Both the position numbers and the translations under genes were made by a program. A DNA stretch of 64,000 bases from Octopus sinensis (lineage: Eukaryota). Location of the stretch: NCBI RefSeq assembly GCF_006345805.1, contig NC_042998.1:133238001-133302000 (forward strand), read 5' to 3'. The notes below the pieces were generated by a model. It made no database searches. It had not been told where the DNA came from and saw only the letters and a list, made by a program, of their open reading frames with translations. Shown here piece after piece: positions 12,063 through 24,835 of this stretch (within the stretch, counting starts at the first letter, position 1; each line of letters opens with the position of its first letter).

Positions 12063-13789
12063 CTGCGCGGATTGGATGAGCTAAAAGATAATGTATTTAA
12101 TTCTGCATTCTATCGTTTCTGTTGTTAGTTATTATTTATGTATTATTTATTTATTATTTAGCGAACATTATACATATTAAGGTATTCTATCGTTTAATGG
12201 TAATAATAAGCATATATTTTATCAAAATTACTGAAGCCTGTCAATACTACATTAGACAGAAGATCTCGTATTTCTAAGGGATCTGTATTAGTCGAATCAA
12301 CCATTGCATACAATTATCATGTGATGGATCTCTGAAAATTGAACGTCAAAGTCAATAAAATAACTGAGTTTGAACACAAAAGAAGTGAATTTAACATTGT
12401 AAAGTATTTAAAGCGTTTTCCAGAGATCTGTATTTCGACCAACTAAGTTACTGTTTTTGAATGAATTTTAAAAACTACTAGATCACAAAGAAACTAGTGA
12501 TAGTGTCCGTCAAAAAATTAAAAACAAACACACTGCTCGTTTAAAGTTGAATAAGTCCGTAAGGTGGGGCGAGCTCTTGACAAATTTTCTCTTCAAAGAA
12601 AAGGTATTTTCTTTTAAAGCACTATATTGACCAAAACGTCAGAAGTCACCTTTCCTCGTGACACACGAATCCAATTTACAAATTTTATCACCTTTTAAAT
12701 ATTAATTTCGTTCGTATAAATGAATATTCATCGAAGATAAAAATTTTAAGTTTATTTATAAAATGTATATTACGTGAGCGTGTGCATGTGTTAATTTGAA
12801 TAGGTGTGCCTGTGAAAGTGCTTGTTTGTGTGTATTTATGCATATAAGAGGGAGCAGGAACTGGTGTGATCCAACAGGAAGATCTGAACCTGTGAACGGC
12901 AGGTGTTTCAACTGAAACAATTTACCTGTCATGTGATAATATTCCAGCGGAAAAAAAGAAGGAAGACAAAAAGGAAATGAGAAATAATTACTATGCATCG
13001 CTACTGCATATGTCGATTGGTTGGCAGCAAATATCACGTGGTATATATGACTGCCTGTTCTCTTTTTTTCTTCTTTTTTTTGTACTTTCTTTTCATTATT
13101 TTCTACTTTCTCATATCTCACTCGTATGATGTGTTTATTTCTTTGCTACAGTCCGTATCCAATAACATTACATAAACATTGCAAACTCTAACCATATGCC
13201 ACTTTAAAAAATAAAAAGGAAATAAAATTTTCCAAAAACAACAAAAAGAGAGAAAGCAAAAAGTATTAAAAAACTAAAAATAAATAATGAATTCCTTCTA
13301 CATCTTATAAAAAAATATAATCCCTGTGTGTTGCTTGAGAACTGTGTGAACTGGCTATATGGGTATCTACCCCTGGGTAGTTGCAGTAAGTAGCTCCGAC
13401 AGCTACCAGCTGTTCCTTTTCCATTCCTTTTGATTTTTTTTTTATTCTTTTTAGTTTGTGGATGTCTAGAACTGTGAGGTTACTGTTTCAAACCTCATTC
13501 TCGTCATCTTGTTGTATCAACATATCTGCAGTTTCTGCAGATATGAAGGTGAAGTGGAGTGAAGTGTGGTGTGGTGTGGAGTGAGGTAACGTGAGAGAGT
13601 GTAGTTTGGGTGTCACGGGAGGTGGGGAGCAGTGTAGTATGGTGTGGTACGGTGTGATGTAGCGAAGTGTATGCATTCAGTGAATTACTTACGACGGTGA
13701 ATGATATAGCTGTGTTTATAATTTGTCATCTCACCACGATACTAATGAAAAATATTAGAAAAAATAAAGGAACGTAATTAAATTGGAGC

Positions 13790-13965
13790 TGTTGCTGCTG
13801 ATGCTGTTGTCTCTGCTGCTACTGCTGCTTCTGCTGCTGCTACTACCGTTGTTGTTGCTGTTGTTGTTCTTGTTGTTGGTGTCGCTGACGTTGGTATTTC
13901 TCTTGGAGTGACTGTTGTTGGTGTAGGTTGTACTGCTGATGTGGCGGGTGGCATGCTGTGGCAGT
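13790..13965. repeat. Degenerate (CTG/TTG)n trinucleotide tract
   Basis: Direct reading. It explains the low-complexity ORFs at 13755-14024. Confidence 0.9.
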
Positions 13966-14189
13966 AATTTTTCGGCGAACCTACTCCTCGACCCGATCTC
14001 AACTCCCAGTTGGAACTGTTTCACTTCTACCGCAAGCCAAACCCACTCTTGGGAAAATTAGGAATGACGTAATAGCCCACCTTTTACCTATGTACATCCC
14101 TCATCTCTCTTTTGTCCTTATTAATATTGTTATCAAAGAGGTGGATAGTAAAATTAGAAAAAGCTGCATAGGATGTTGTGCACTACTTA

Positions 14190-14680
14190 AAGTTTCTTTA
14201 CGGTCTGAGTTCAAATCCTCGTGAGATCAATTCTACTTTCCGGTCTTCCGGAGTCGATGGCATAATTATCAATGTTATTCTAGAGCAAGGCGGCTTGCTG
14301 GCAGAATCGTTAGCACACCAGACAAAATGTTTAGCGGCATTTAGTCTGTCTTCGCGTTCTGAATTCAGATTCCACTATGTTCGACTTTGCCTTTCATCTA
14401 TTCAGGGTCGATACAATAAGTAGCAGTTGAGCACTGGAGTCAATTCAATCGATTTTACCCTCCTCCGAACTTGCAGGCTTTGTACCGAAATTTGAATCTA
14501 ATAATATACTAGAGTTCGACCGTCTTTACTTTCCGAGTTCAAATTCTACCGAGGTCGATTTGCCTCACATCTTTCGGGGCCGATAAAATAAGTAGCTATT
14601 GGCCACTGGGGTTGATGTAATCGACTTGCTCCAGCATCTCAAAATGCTGGCCTTGTACCAAAATTAGAAATCAATAATAT
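14190..14680 (+). mobile_element. Three adjacent degenerate SINE family A copies
   Basis: Repeated GAGTTCAAAT B-box and GTCGAT(A)AAATAAGTA blocks. The A-box head GCTGGCAGAATCGTTAGCAC is at ~14297. Confidence 0.8.
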
Positions 14681-15659
14681 ACTAGAGTATATTTAATTGG
14701 CAACGACGCGCAAAAACCTGTTTCCTGCTTAAAATAGAGGTAAGTGTTAAACTAAAGGTAACAGAATCGTAAAGAGAACCTTGAAATTTCATTGAAGTAT
14801 TTTGTTACATATTTCCATGTTTTATGTCCACGTGTGTAGGCAGCGACTTTGCCAAATGTCAGTCTACATTTGATAAAGCTATTAATAGGCAATGAATTGG
14901 CACAGTTATTAGATTGTGGCCTGGGTTCTGAGTTCAAATTTTTATTTCATTCTTTCGGGGTTTGATAAATGAAATACTACAACTGGAACTGATTCTTCTC
15001 GCTTTTCCTCTTGAAGAAATTGAATGCATTCGAATTGGAGAGGGGAATGGAGAGAGCAATTTAAAGAAAAGAAAACAAGTGACAATTTATATCAAGACAA
15101 AACCGTACGGCTCAATTAAGAAGGAAGGAAATCTAGTAACAGCCAAAAACAGGAATCAACTTAATGAACTCTAACATCTCACCATATATTTGGCCATGCA
15201 ACAAAGTAAGGAACCATATTCAATATTATAGTAGTTCTTCATGGCACGAGGGTAGGCTTCATTGAGCAGCCAAAATGTCCAAAGGTAATCTTGTCGTGTT
15301 TATCCCGCCCTATATTTGCAGCAATAGTGTTTTTCAGAACTAGATTATCCGTGTATCTTTCATTCGAGCAATACTTAGTAGGTTTTGATAAATGATTCTG
15401 CTACTTCTAAAATTTTGAGGGACTACTTGAAAGCGTACTCGTTTCATTGGGCTTTATTAACGACGATATAGTTGCCCTTGTCAGAGCAACTCTGTCATAG
15501 GTATGGTGCAGCAGCAGATTAAATACGCAACAGAAGTTAGCTAATATCACTTTAAGAAATTCGATCGACATTCAGGAATTTAGTCTTTAACTTTCATACA
15601 TTTAGATTTGATAAAATAAAATTCTCTACATTAAATGATGTGTAAGATCGATAAATTTC

Positions 15660-16370
15660 AAATATTTTTTTATAATATTGGCAGATGGCTTGAAATTTGG
15701 GAAAGGGGGCTAGTCGATAACATCACCCCCAGTATTTATCAAGTACTTATTTTATCTACCCACCCTACGAAAGGAAGAAAAGCAAAGTCGACTTTGGAGA
15801 AATTTGAGCTCAGCCGCAAGAAATGCTGCTAACCATTTTGTCCAATGCACTACCGATTCTGACTGCTTGCTACCTAGATAAAACTCATATACTGGTTTAA
15901 AAGTTTTGTATAAGGCCATAAGTTTTTGGAGAAGGTGTAAGTCGATTACATCGAGCCCGGTGCTCATCTGGTACTTACTTTATTGACACAGAAAGGATGA
16001 AAGGCAAAGTCGATTTCAGCAGAATTTAGACTCAGAACGCCGAAATGCCGCATTTTGCCCGGCGTGCTAATGATTCTGCCAATTCTTCATGTAATAAATC
16101 TTGCATATTGATTTCAAATTCTGGCAAAAAGCCAGCAATTTCGGAGGAGAGGCTAAATCGTGTGCATCGACTCCAGTGTTCCACTGATACTTATTTTATC
16201 GACCTATAGAGGATGGCAGGCAAAATCAAAAGCAGTGAAATCTGAACTCGGGTCGCAAGGATTTCGTCCAGCGTCCAAACGATTCTCCCAGCTCGCCATT
16301 TTAAAAACACATCGGTTTCAAATTTTGGCTCAAGGCGAACAATTTCTGGGTTGAGGTAAGTCAATTACAT
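15660..16370 (-). mobile_element. Cluster of degenerate SINE family A copies
   Basis: Recurrent GGATGAAAGGCAAAGTCGA and GTGCTAA(T/C)GATTCTGCC blocks on the plus strand, meaning elements on the minus strand. Confidence 0.75.
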
Positions 16371-16778
16371 CAACAGCTACATACTTCTCAACAGCTGCAT
16401 ATTTCATCGACCGCGACAGTGTGAAAGACAAAGCTGACATCGGCAGAACATAATTGTCCGTATTCGCCGCTCCAACGCCAAATACGAGCAACTACCTCGC
16501 GAATATGAGTTTTCGATATTGTTCTGTAGGATAATTTCCGTGAGTGTTTTTACATTTGCATGTGTGTAGGTCCTCGTGAATGTAAGTATAAAGGAAAGCA
16601 CATATTTAAGCTCTATCTACGATGAAGGGAAATTTAAAGCTGATATTTAATATAATTTTTCACTGTCCACAATACTACTTGAGACAAAAATTAATAGTTA
16701 ACAACAACAAAAAGCGATCCAGCTAGAAAGTAAAAATCACCAGTTCTCTCCCTTTCTCATATATATATATATATATAC

Positions 16779-16837
<59 letters not shown>

Positions 16838-16844
16838 CATACAT

Positions 16845-16890
<46 letters not shown>

Positions 16891-16894
16891 GTGT

Positions 16895-17113
16895 GTATGT
16901 TTGTGTGTCTGTGTTTGTCCCCCCAACATCGTTTGACAACCGATGCTGGTGTATTTACGTCCCCGTAACGTAGCGGTTCGGCAAAAGAGACCGATAGAAT
17001 AAGTACTAAGCTTACAAAGAATAAGTCCTGGGGTCGATTTGCTCGACTAAAGGCGGTGCACCACCATGGCCACAGTCACGTGGCTGAAACAAGTAAAAAG
17101 CGTAAAAAAAGAG
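16895..17113 (+). mobile_element. SINE family B 3' body
   Basis: High identity to 56390-56600. Confidence 0.9.
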
Positions 17114-17116
17114 TAC

Positions 17117-17147
<31 letters not shown>

Positions 17148-18089
17148 CAGGATGCGATGGGGAAATTGTCGCCGTTTTATATTTCTGATTTTGCATATGT
17201 GCTTTGATTGTTTTTGACCTGTTGACTACACAGCATAGTAGGGACAGCTGGGTACCGTCTGTGAGAAAAACAGCACCATGACACAATTCACTCTCAGAAA
17301 TTTGGAAGCGACATGCTATAATGCTTGGCATTCACGCTGGAAGCTCCAATACGAACACGTCAGAGTGTCTGGGTGTCAATCTCAGGACAGTGCAATCTGA
17401 GGATATATATTGAGCGTGATAAAAATCAGAGATCCAGTCAACATCATGGTGTTTTGGAGTGATCACTGCTGATGGCGACGTTATGCCTCCATTCATCTTC
17501 CCACACGGCCTCAGACTCAACACGGATGCCTACATCAAGTGCCTAAAAGAAGTAATGCTGTCCTGGGTCAAGAGGGTGTCTGCTGAAAGACCTTATGTCT
17601 GGCACAGGACTCTCCACCTTGCCTCACAAGCAAGAGAACTCAGTCATGGCTGTCAGACAATTTCTGTGACCACATCACCCCTAACATCTGGTCACCTAAC
17701 TCCCTAGACTACAACACCTTTGATTATTATGTGTGAGGCGCAGTTGAGTGAGAGACCAACAAAACTCCTTGTAAAACCAAAGGACTGAAGACAGAAATTA
17801 TGGCAGCATTGACCAACTTAAACAAAGAGACCGTCCAGAAGAGTTGCAGGAAATTCCGAAGTCGACTGCAGACTGTGGTTGAAGCCAACGGCGATTTAAT
17901 TGAATAAATTAACTCTTTAGTATTTCAAGATATTTTTATGTCATTTTGGTAAGTAACTTGCTTGCCAACTACATGGTTCCGAGTTCTGTCCCACTGCATG
18001 GCACCTTGGACTTTGCTAACCAAAGTTTTGTGACTGGATTCGGTAGACGGGAAGTGAAAGAAGCCATTCGTATATATATGTATATATAC

Positions 18090-18124
<35 letters not shown>

Positions 18125-18420
18125 TGTATGTATGTGTGTGTGTGTGCGTGTTTGTCCCACCACCGGCGCTTGAAACCGATGTTCGTATGTTTACGTGCCC
18201 GTAACCTAGGTGTTCGGTAAAAGAGACCGATAGAATAAGTACTAGGCTTACAGAAAATAAGTCCTGGCGTCGATTTATTCGACTAAAGGCGGTGCTCCAG
18301 CATAGCCGCAGTCAAATGACTGAAACAAATAAAAGAATAAAAGAATATCTTTCAAAATGAGATGTCAGTGTTATTTTCACTCTTGCGTAATTTAGACGAC
18401 AGTTGATTCACCGCACCCTG
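17148..18420 (+). mobile_element. maT (DD37D) Tc1/mariner deletion derivative interrupted by a SINE
   Basis: Reads VNIMVFGVITADGDVMPPFIFPHGLRLNTDAYIKCL...RPYVW and is homologous to 40431-41336. TIR-like ends CAGGATGCGATGG and CACCGCACCCTG followed by TA. Confidence 0.88.
17949..18345 (+). mobile_element. SINE family B nested in the maT element
   Basis: The head-to-tail SINE splits the maT 3' UTR, which resumes at ~18346 when aligned with the 40.4-41.3 kb copy. Confidence 0.9.
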
Positions 18421-18611
18421 TATCTGTGTGTGTGTGTGCGCGCGCATATGAATAATGTAGCTGACCTGTTAGTAATTAAAACCGACAGGCAATAAACAAG
18501 GGTACAAAATAGTACCAGAATTACTAGAAACAAGAGTCAAAAAACGATGCAAATTAGCCCTTCAAATTTTCCTCCGACTTCCTTTTCTCTCGGACTCCCC
18601 CCCCCCCCCCG

Positions 18612-18930
18612 CGTCTCCAGTTTCTGTCGAAGAGCTTTGCTCGAAACGTAAAACTACCTTTCTTTCCTTCCCTGAGCGTCTGCTAATACTTCGCATGTAC
18701 CACGTTCTCGCGTTGTTTTTTTTTTCTTGCTATGCTTGTTCTTCGTTTTTCAAGAAAGCACAAAAAACACAACAACGCGAGGACGTGGAACAAATATAGT
18801 ATTATTGGACGCTCAGGAAAGAAGGAAAGAAGGAGGGTTTAACGTTTCGAGCGGAGCCCTTCGTCGGAAACATAGGAGAAGGAAAGATCCAGAGAAGGGA
18901 AGACAAAGGAAAAAAAATCGCCAACGGTAA
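18612..18930. mobile_element. Tail-to-tail pair of family H1 repeats with hammerhead-like motifs
   Basis: Plus copy motif at 18620-18654 and minus copy motif at 18837-18871. Their 3' parts are mutually complementary (CGCGTTGTTTTTT and AAAAAACACAACAACGCG). Confidence 0.75.
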
Positions 18931-18954
18931 GCACGAGGTCATATATATATATAT

Positions 18955-19157
18955 ATGATGGAGTGAAGAAACGTTCCTGGCTTTTGGTAAAAAAAAATAC
19001 AGGAAGACGAATTAATTATGATTTTATTCAACACATTTCCCCCTCAAATTCATACACTTATTGCTGCGGTCCTTCAATTTTTCGAAGCCTGTAAAAGACC
19101 TCGGAAGACTGGTCCTCCAGTCAGGCTTTTTGTGATACTCTTCAGCACACCCACGTA
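18955..19157 (+). mobile_element. Mariner-derived MITE, degenerate
   Basis: Ends TATGATGGAGTGAAGAAACGTTCC and TTCAGCACACCCACGTA are weakly inverted and TA-flanked. The interior TTATTCAACACATTTCCCCCTC is typical of mariner ends. Confidence 0.55.
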
Positions 19158-19985
19158 TGTAGAGATATATGTTTTATATGAGGCGCTGCAATTTTGCTGG
19201 ATACAGATTAGATACTAACAACCTTTCCCTTCAAAATTAAAACTGCTCTCCTTGTTCCTAAATTAGAACCAATTATTAAAACTAACTAAACAAATAAATA
19301 ACGACTTAAAACAGAATCACAAGATTGTAGGACAAAATACCTTGCACTATTTATTTAGCTATTTCTATTTAATTTTCCATATTAAAACCCTCCCTGGTTT
19401 TGATTTTAGATTTACATCATCTCCGGTTCAATTAAATTAAGTATCAGTTACCTACTGGTGAGCTGGGGTTGGTTCAATTCATTATCGCCCCTCCCTTCAT
19501 GCTATAAGCCGTGTGTTACAAATCATTATTTAACATTATCGACAACGTTTCTAGCAGGAATATTCATTAAGTAAATAGCTAATTAGCAAGGATTAGAGGC
19601 TGTTGCATAGATATAACATTGATAGCTAGCAGTTAACGACAAAATAGACATAATATCTATTGATATATTATCAGTAAACGCCGTTTGATGAAGATCGTGC
19701 AGGGGTTTGGTATCATTTGATTGAAATCTATTAAACACCTTTGATCACCAGTTCAATCTGAGTACACTTTATCAAAGCATGAAACAAGAACAAAATGATG
19801 CAACGTATAACTGCTATTAGTGAAGCCTTTGATGAAAATTGAAATATGTATATGTTTATATGTGTGTGCGTGTACGTGTGTTTGTGTGTGTGTTGCGTGC
19901 AACATAAATATATATATTATATGTGTGTATATATATATATATGGATATATACACACATAGATATATAAGTATGTATGTATGTATG

Positions 19986-20024
<39 letters not shown>

Positions 20025-20181
20025 AATCCAATATATATATATACATACATGCATACATACCAATATACTTATATGTGCGTGTGTATATTTATGAGCTTGT
20101 GAGTTGGAAACAAAGAGTATACATACACACAGAACATATACTACACACACAGAGACAGACCACACACACACACACACAAAC

Positions 20182-20237
<56 letters not shown>

Positions 20238-20469
20238 TATTCATGTATGTATGTATGTATATACGTTTTTATGTGTGTGTGTATACACACATAAAATGAA
20301 ATAAAAGATGGACAGGCATGAAATCATCCAAAAATAATTATAAAGAAATGAGTATAAAAATCTATAAATTAAGTTGAAAGAGAGGAAAATTAGGAAAGTG
20401 AGGTATGAGAGTTCATAGCGATTCTTCATAGAAGGTATATTATCTTTAGAGTTCATGCTCTGATATTGG

Positions 20470-20660
20470 TTTCGAATTTTAGTAAAGGGCCACAAATATC
20501 ATGACAGTGAGTAAATCGATTACATTGATTCGAGTGATCAAATGGTACTTTTTTTATTGATCCCAAAGTTTGAAAGGCAAGTCGACCACGGCGAAATTTG
20601 AACTCAGAAAGAAAGATGAAAAACCGCGAAACATTTTTAGCCGGTGTGCTAACGATTCTG
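20470..20660 (-). mobile_element. SINE family A
   Basis: GAAAGGCAAGTCGACCACGGCGAAATTTGAACTCAG...GTGCTAACGATTCTGC on the plus strand. Confidence 0.8.
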
Positions 20661-20711
20661 CAGCTCGCCTGGTAGTTCATACTCTAATATTAGCGATAAA
20701 ATTAATGTTGC

Positions 20712-21262
20712 GTGCTGGCAGAATCGGTAGTATTTCGTCTGCCGTTACGTACTGAGTTCAAATTTCGCCGAGGTCGACTTTGCCTTTCATCCTTTCGGAA
20801 TCGATAAATTAAGTACCAGTTACGCACTAGGGTCGATGAAATCGACTTAATCCGTTTGTCTGTCCTTGTTTGTCCCCTCTGTGTTTAGCCCTTTGTGGGT
20901 AGTAAAGAAATAGGTATTTCGTCTGCCGTTACGTCCTGAGTTCAAATTCCGCCGAGGTCGACTTTGCCTTTCATCCTTTCGGGGTCGAATAAATAAGTCC
21001 CAGTTACGCACTGGAGTCGATCTAATCGACTTAATCCGTGTGTCTGTCCTTGCTTGTCCCCTCTATGTTTAGCCTCTTGTGGGTAATAAAGAAACAGGTA
21101 TTTCGTCCGTCTTCACGTTCACTAGTTCAACTTCCGCTATGGGCAACTTTGCCTTTCATTCTTTCGGACTCGATAAAATAGGTACCAGTTGATCACTGAT
21201 GTCGATCTAGTCGACCACCCGCTCCACCAAATTTGTGGCCTTGTATCAAAACTTGAAATTAA
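20712..21262 (+). mobile_element. SINE family A head-to-tail trimer (184-bp period)
   Basis: Units start at 20730, 20914 and 21098, each with GTATTTCGTC. Confidence 0.92.
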
Positions 21263-21567
21263 TATTATCGATAACATATAGTAGAATCTGATTAGACCTC
21301 TTCGTTGAGGTTTATCAGAGTTTTGGGAGATAAAACCCAGGGATTTCATACTCGAATCTTACAAATAACTAATTTGATGTCATTTACAAATGCTTCGTTA
21401 TCCTATATTTTATACTTTAAATAAGTTCAACCGAAGTAGTGCCTGTAAATAATATTTACCTCCCTGGCTGTATCTTAATTCAGTGTTGAACTCTTGGTAA
21501 TCCTGCTCGACATGAAAATTTACTGTTTGAATCTATTATATTCTATTCTCTTATGCATTCTTACCCG

Positions 21568-21627
<60 letters not shown>

Positions 21628-22109
21628 TATATATATATTATACTTTGGCTTTATTTGATTTGCAAGATTCTTGTTGTTTATATATATATAATATATATAC
21701 TATATTAAATTAGAGATAAAATCACTATTAGGCAAATTAAACATATATATATATATATATGAAGTTTTGTCTAGCAGTTATGATGCATCACTTACATTAA
21801 TGTCAATGATATATATTTTTCAAAATATATTTGAGTACCTCAGGAAGGTCAGAAGCGTGTGTATTGATGCTTATGTAATTGATAAATAGTAATACTATGA
21901 TACTCCATCCAATCAGTATAGAGTGAAAATTATCTAATTTATAAAAATTTGTGTATATAGTAGATATGTTAACGCATCTCCTGCATGCACAATCGTGCGT
22001 GATTGATATATGAACATTGTAATGTACAATCTAAACAGACTCAATCGATTGACGAGTTGAGAGACTACTAGATGAAGAGTCCGTTGTTCGAATCAGATGC
22101 ATATATGTA

Positions 22110-22995
22110 CACACTCCTTTCTCGGTTCTAGGACAGTATTCTTCACCCTGTGAGATGACATCTGGTGTAACACTAGGATCATTTTTTGGACGCCTGTTGT
22201 ATATTGCTTATATATTAATGATATAGCTGCCAACTTGAAGTACGTTACAGTGCTGAAATACGCAACTGACATCAACCTGTACTTTGAGATAAAAAGAACA
22301 GATCTTATATTCTAGAGATCTATCCTGCAATGAAACCTGGAAAACAAAGCAGCAATGAGCTACTAACTGATAACTCAAGCTGGCTGCAAACAAGTGTACC
22401 ATCGTGCATTTTGAGAAAAAAAACCCTCAACAACACCAGTCTTAAGAAGTCTGCTAGTGAACGTGACCTGAATATTATTGTCAACAGTGATTTGCGTTGG
22501 GCAAATCAAGTCTCTAAAATTGACAAATTGTCAAGAAGTCTGAGAGTGTATTCGCATCATTCAGTAAGACCTTTGCCAGTTACTCTACAGCTGTCTATTT
22601 ATAGCTGTAATTGCCATGATAGTCCACACTTAGATTTTACATCACCAGTCTGGAACCCCTATCTTGCTCAGCGTATCAGTTTCATGGAAACTGTTCAGAA
22701 ACGTGTAAACAGATGAATACCCGCTGTCAGGCATCTACTATACTCTCAACGTCTTGCTTCCCAGGGCATGGACATATCAAAGATCCGACGTCTGGCAACT
22801 GATTTGGTAGGCACCCACAAGATTATCCACCATTATTCCAACAGCAACTGTGGGCAACTTTTTGAATACCATATGTCTAACGCCGCTTATGTACATGCTT
22901 ACAAAGTCAAAAGCAACAGCTCCCATGACTTTCGGAAACATTTTTTGAAGCTCAGAATTGCTGAAACATGGAACACCTTATCTGCATGTGTGTCT
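22110..22995 (+). mobile_element. CR1-clade LINE RT 3' fragment
   Basis: Degenerate TSGVTLGSFFG...YINDI, then SERDLNIIVNSDLRW, SPHLDFTSPVWNPYL...ETVQKRVNR and FRKHFLKLRIAETWNTL. Confidence 0.85.
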
Positions 22996-23022
22996 ATGGG
23001 TACACACACACACACACACACA

Positions 23023-23066
<44 letters not shown>

Positions 23067-23399
23067 ATGCACGCACACACGCACACACACACATTTATAT
23101 ACATGTATAATACATATACATAGTAAACTTGAGAATATTCTACATTTTTGTATGGTTTATTTGAGGTCCATTCTTCTTTCTTTAATGCATATCATATCAT
23201 AACTCTGATTACTTGTTGAACTCTTGTACACTCAGTGTCATTAAATTACACGCTCAAATTATTTAAATTATGTTTTCTGGGTATAGATGAAGTAGTAAAC
23301 AGACAAGACATTTGCCGGTCTTATAACATATAATAAAGCATAGTCCAGTCAATGTTTCCATAGTTTCAAAATAATTAATCGATGTTTTCAATCAATTTA

Positions 23400-23790
23400 C
23401 AATAATAATTGCTTACATAAGGCAAGGCTTCAAATTTCAATTATATCGATCGTAAAACTTGAATGGTACTTTAATTTATCGATTTCGAAAATATAAGATG
23501 CCAGGTTGTCCTCGGTGGAATTGAAACTCAGAACGGATAGAGTTGGAACACATGCTCCAAGGCATTTTGTACGCTACTCTAGCAGTTTTGTCTAGTCAAC
23601 ACATTTTATTAATTCAATTTTTCTTTTTTTTTTCGCATATGTACAAGGCCTGAAGGATTTGCTTGGTTATATCAAACCTATGCTTCACTGACACTTTATT
23701 TTACCGGTCCCAAAAAGATGAAAGGTAAAGTTGAGCTCAGTAGTATTTGAACTTAGAGTATTAAGAGTCGGAAACGATTTTGCCAGTTCA
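23400..23790 (-). mobile_element. Two highly degenerate SINE family A copies
   Basis: Residual GGTACTTTAATTTATCGA, GATGAAAGGTAAAGTTGA and GAAACTCAGAAC blocks. Confidence 0.55.
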
Positions 23791-24497
23791 TCACACTAAC
23801 AGTGGAAAATTTTCCACTTAAGGATGTCATCTGGATGAAGAATTTAGAGTTAAATCGAACTACCGTAAAATTAAGATAGTTAACTGAAAATAACTTTTAA
23901 TCATTTGAAATTAAAATCGTAATGCGACTAGTCATTACAGTTAATTGAAATTGCTATCAATCCTCTACCTGGGTTGGATAATTGTACTACTCCTATTTTC
24001 TCGACATTTAAGTAAAATATTTTAATTAATTCTTCTATATTTACATTCAATTACGTCTATATTCATTTTATGTTCGAAGTATTAAGCATGGAACATTGAA
24101 TTTAACCCTGGAAACATGATTTAGTCATATGCCCACGCTCAACACTATCGCATATAAATATATATAGCTGTATGCAACCAGCTTATGCTTACCGTGCAAT
24201 ATTGTTTTAGTTTATTCAAATAGATTACTTTCACATGCACAGGCACACGCACATAAACCAGAGCGTGCGTGTTTATATATATATTTATATATATATATAT
24301 ATATATATATACCAGAAAAGGAGCATAATATACAAAGTGGAATTAAGGCATTAATAATAACAATAATTAAAATTGAGATTTACATCGTGGTTACTTCGAG
24401 TAAGAATAGTGTTAAATCTCAGTTTTAATGAACGCTATTATGCAAGCAAACACAAGCACGCAAATATACATGCATATGCACTCATATCTTGGTAAAC

Positions 24498-24539
<42 letters not shown>

Positions 24540-24583
24540 ATACATATATATGTGTGTGTATGTGTGTGTATATATATAATATA

Positions 24584-24627
<44 letters not shown>

Positions 24628-24767
24628 GCATATATAAATATATGTATACGTACATACATATATATACATGTGTGTATATATATATTTACATATATATGTA
24701 TGTATGCATATATTTATATAATTATATGATCGAACGCCTCGCATCATTTTCCAAGTTTTATATATAT

Positions 24768-24835
<68 letters not shown>

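Noticed and set aside
20730-21262. CRISPR-like regular repeat
   Set aside because: The units are whole SINE bodies with no unique spacers, and the context is eukaryotic.
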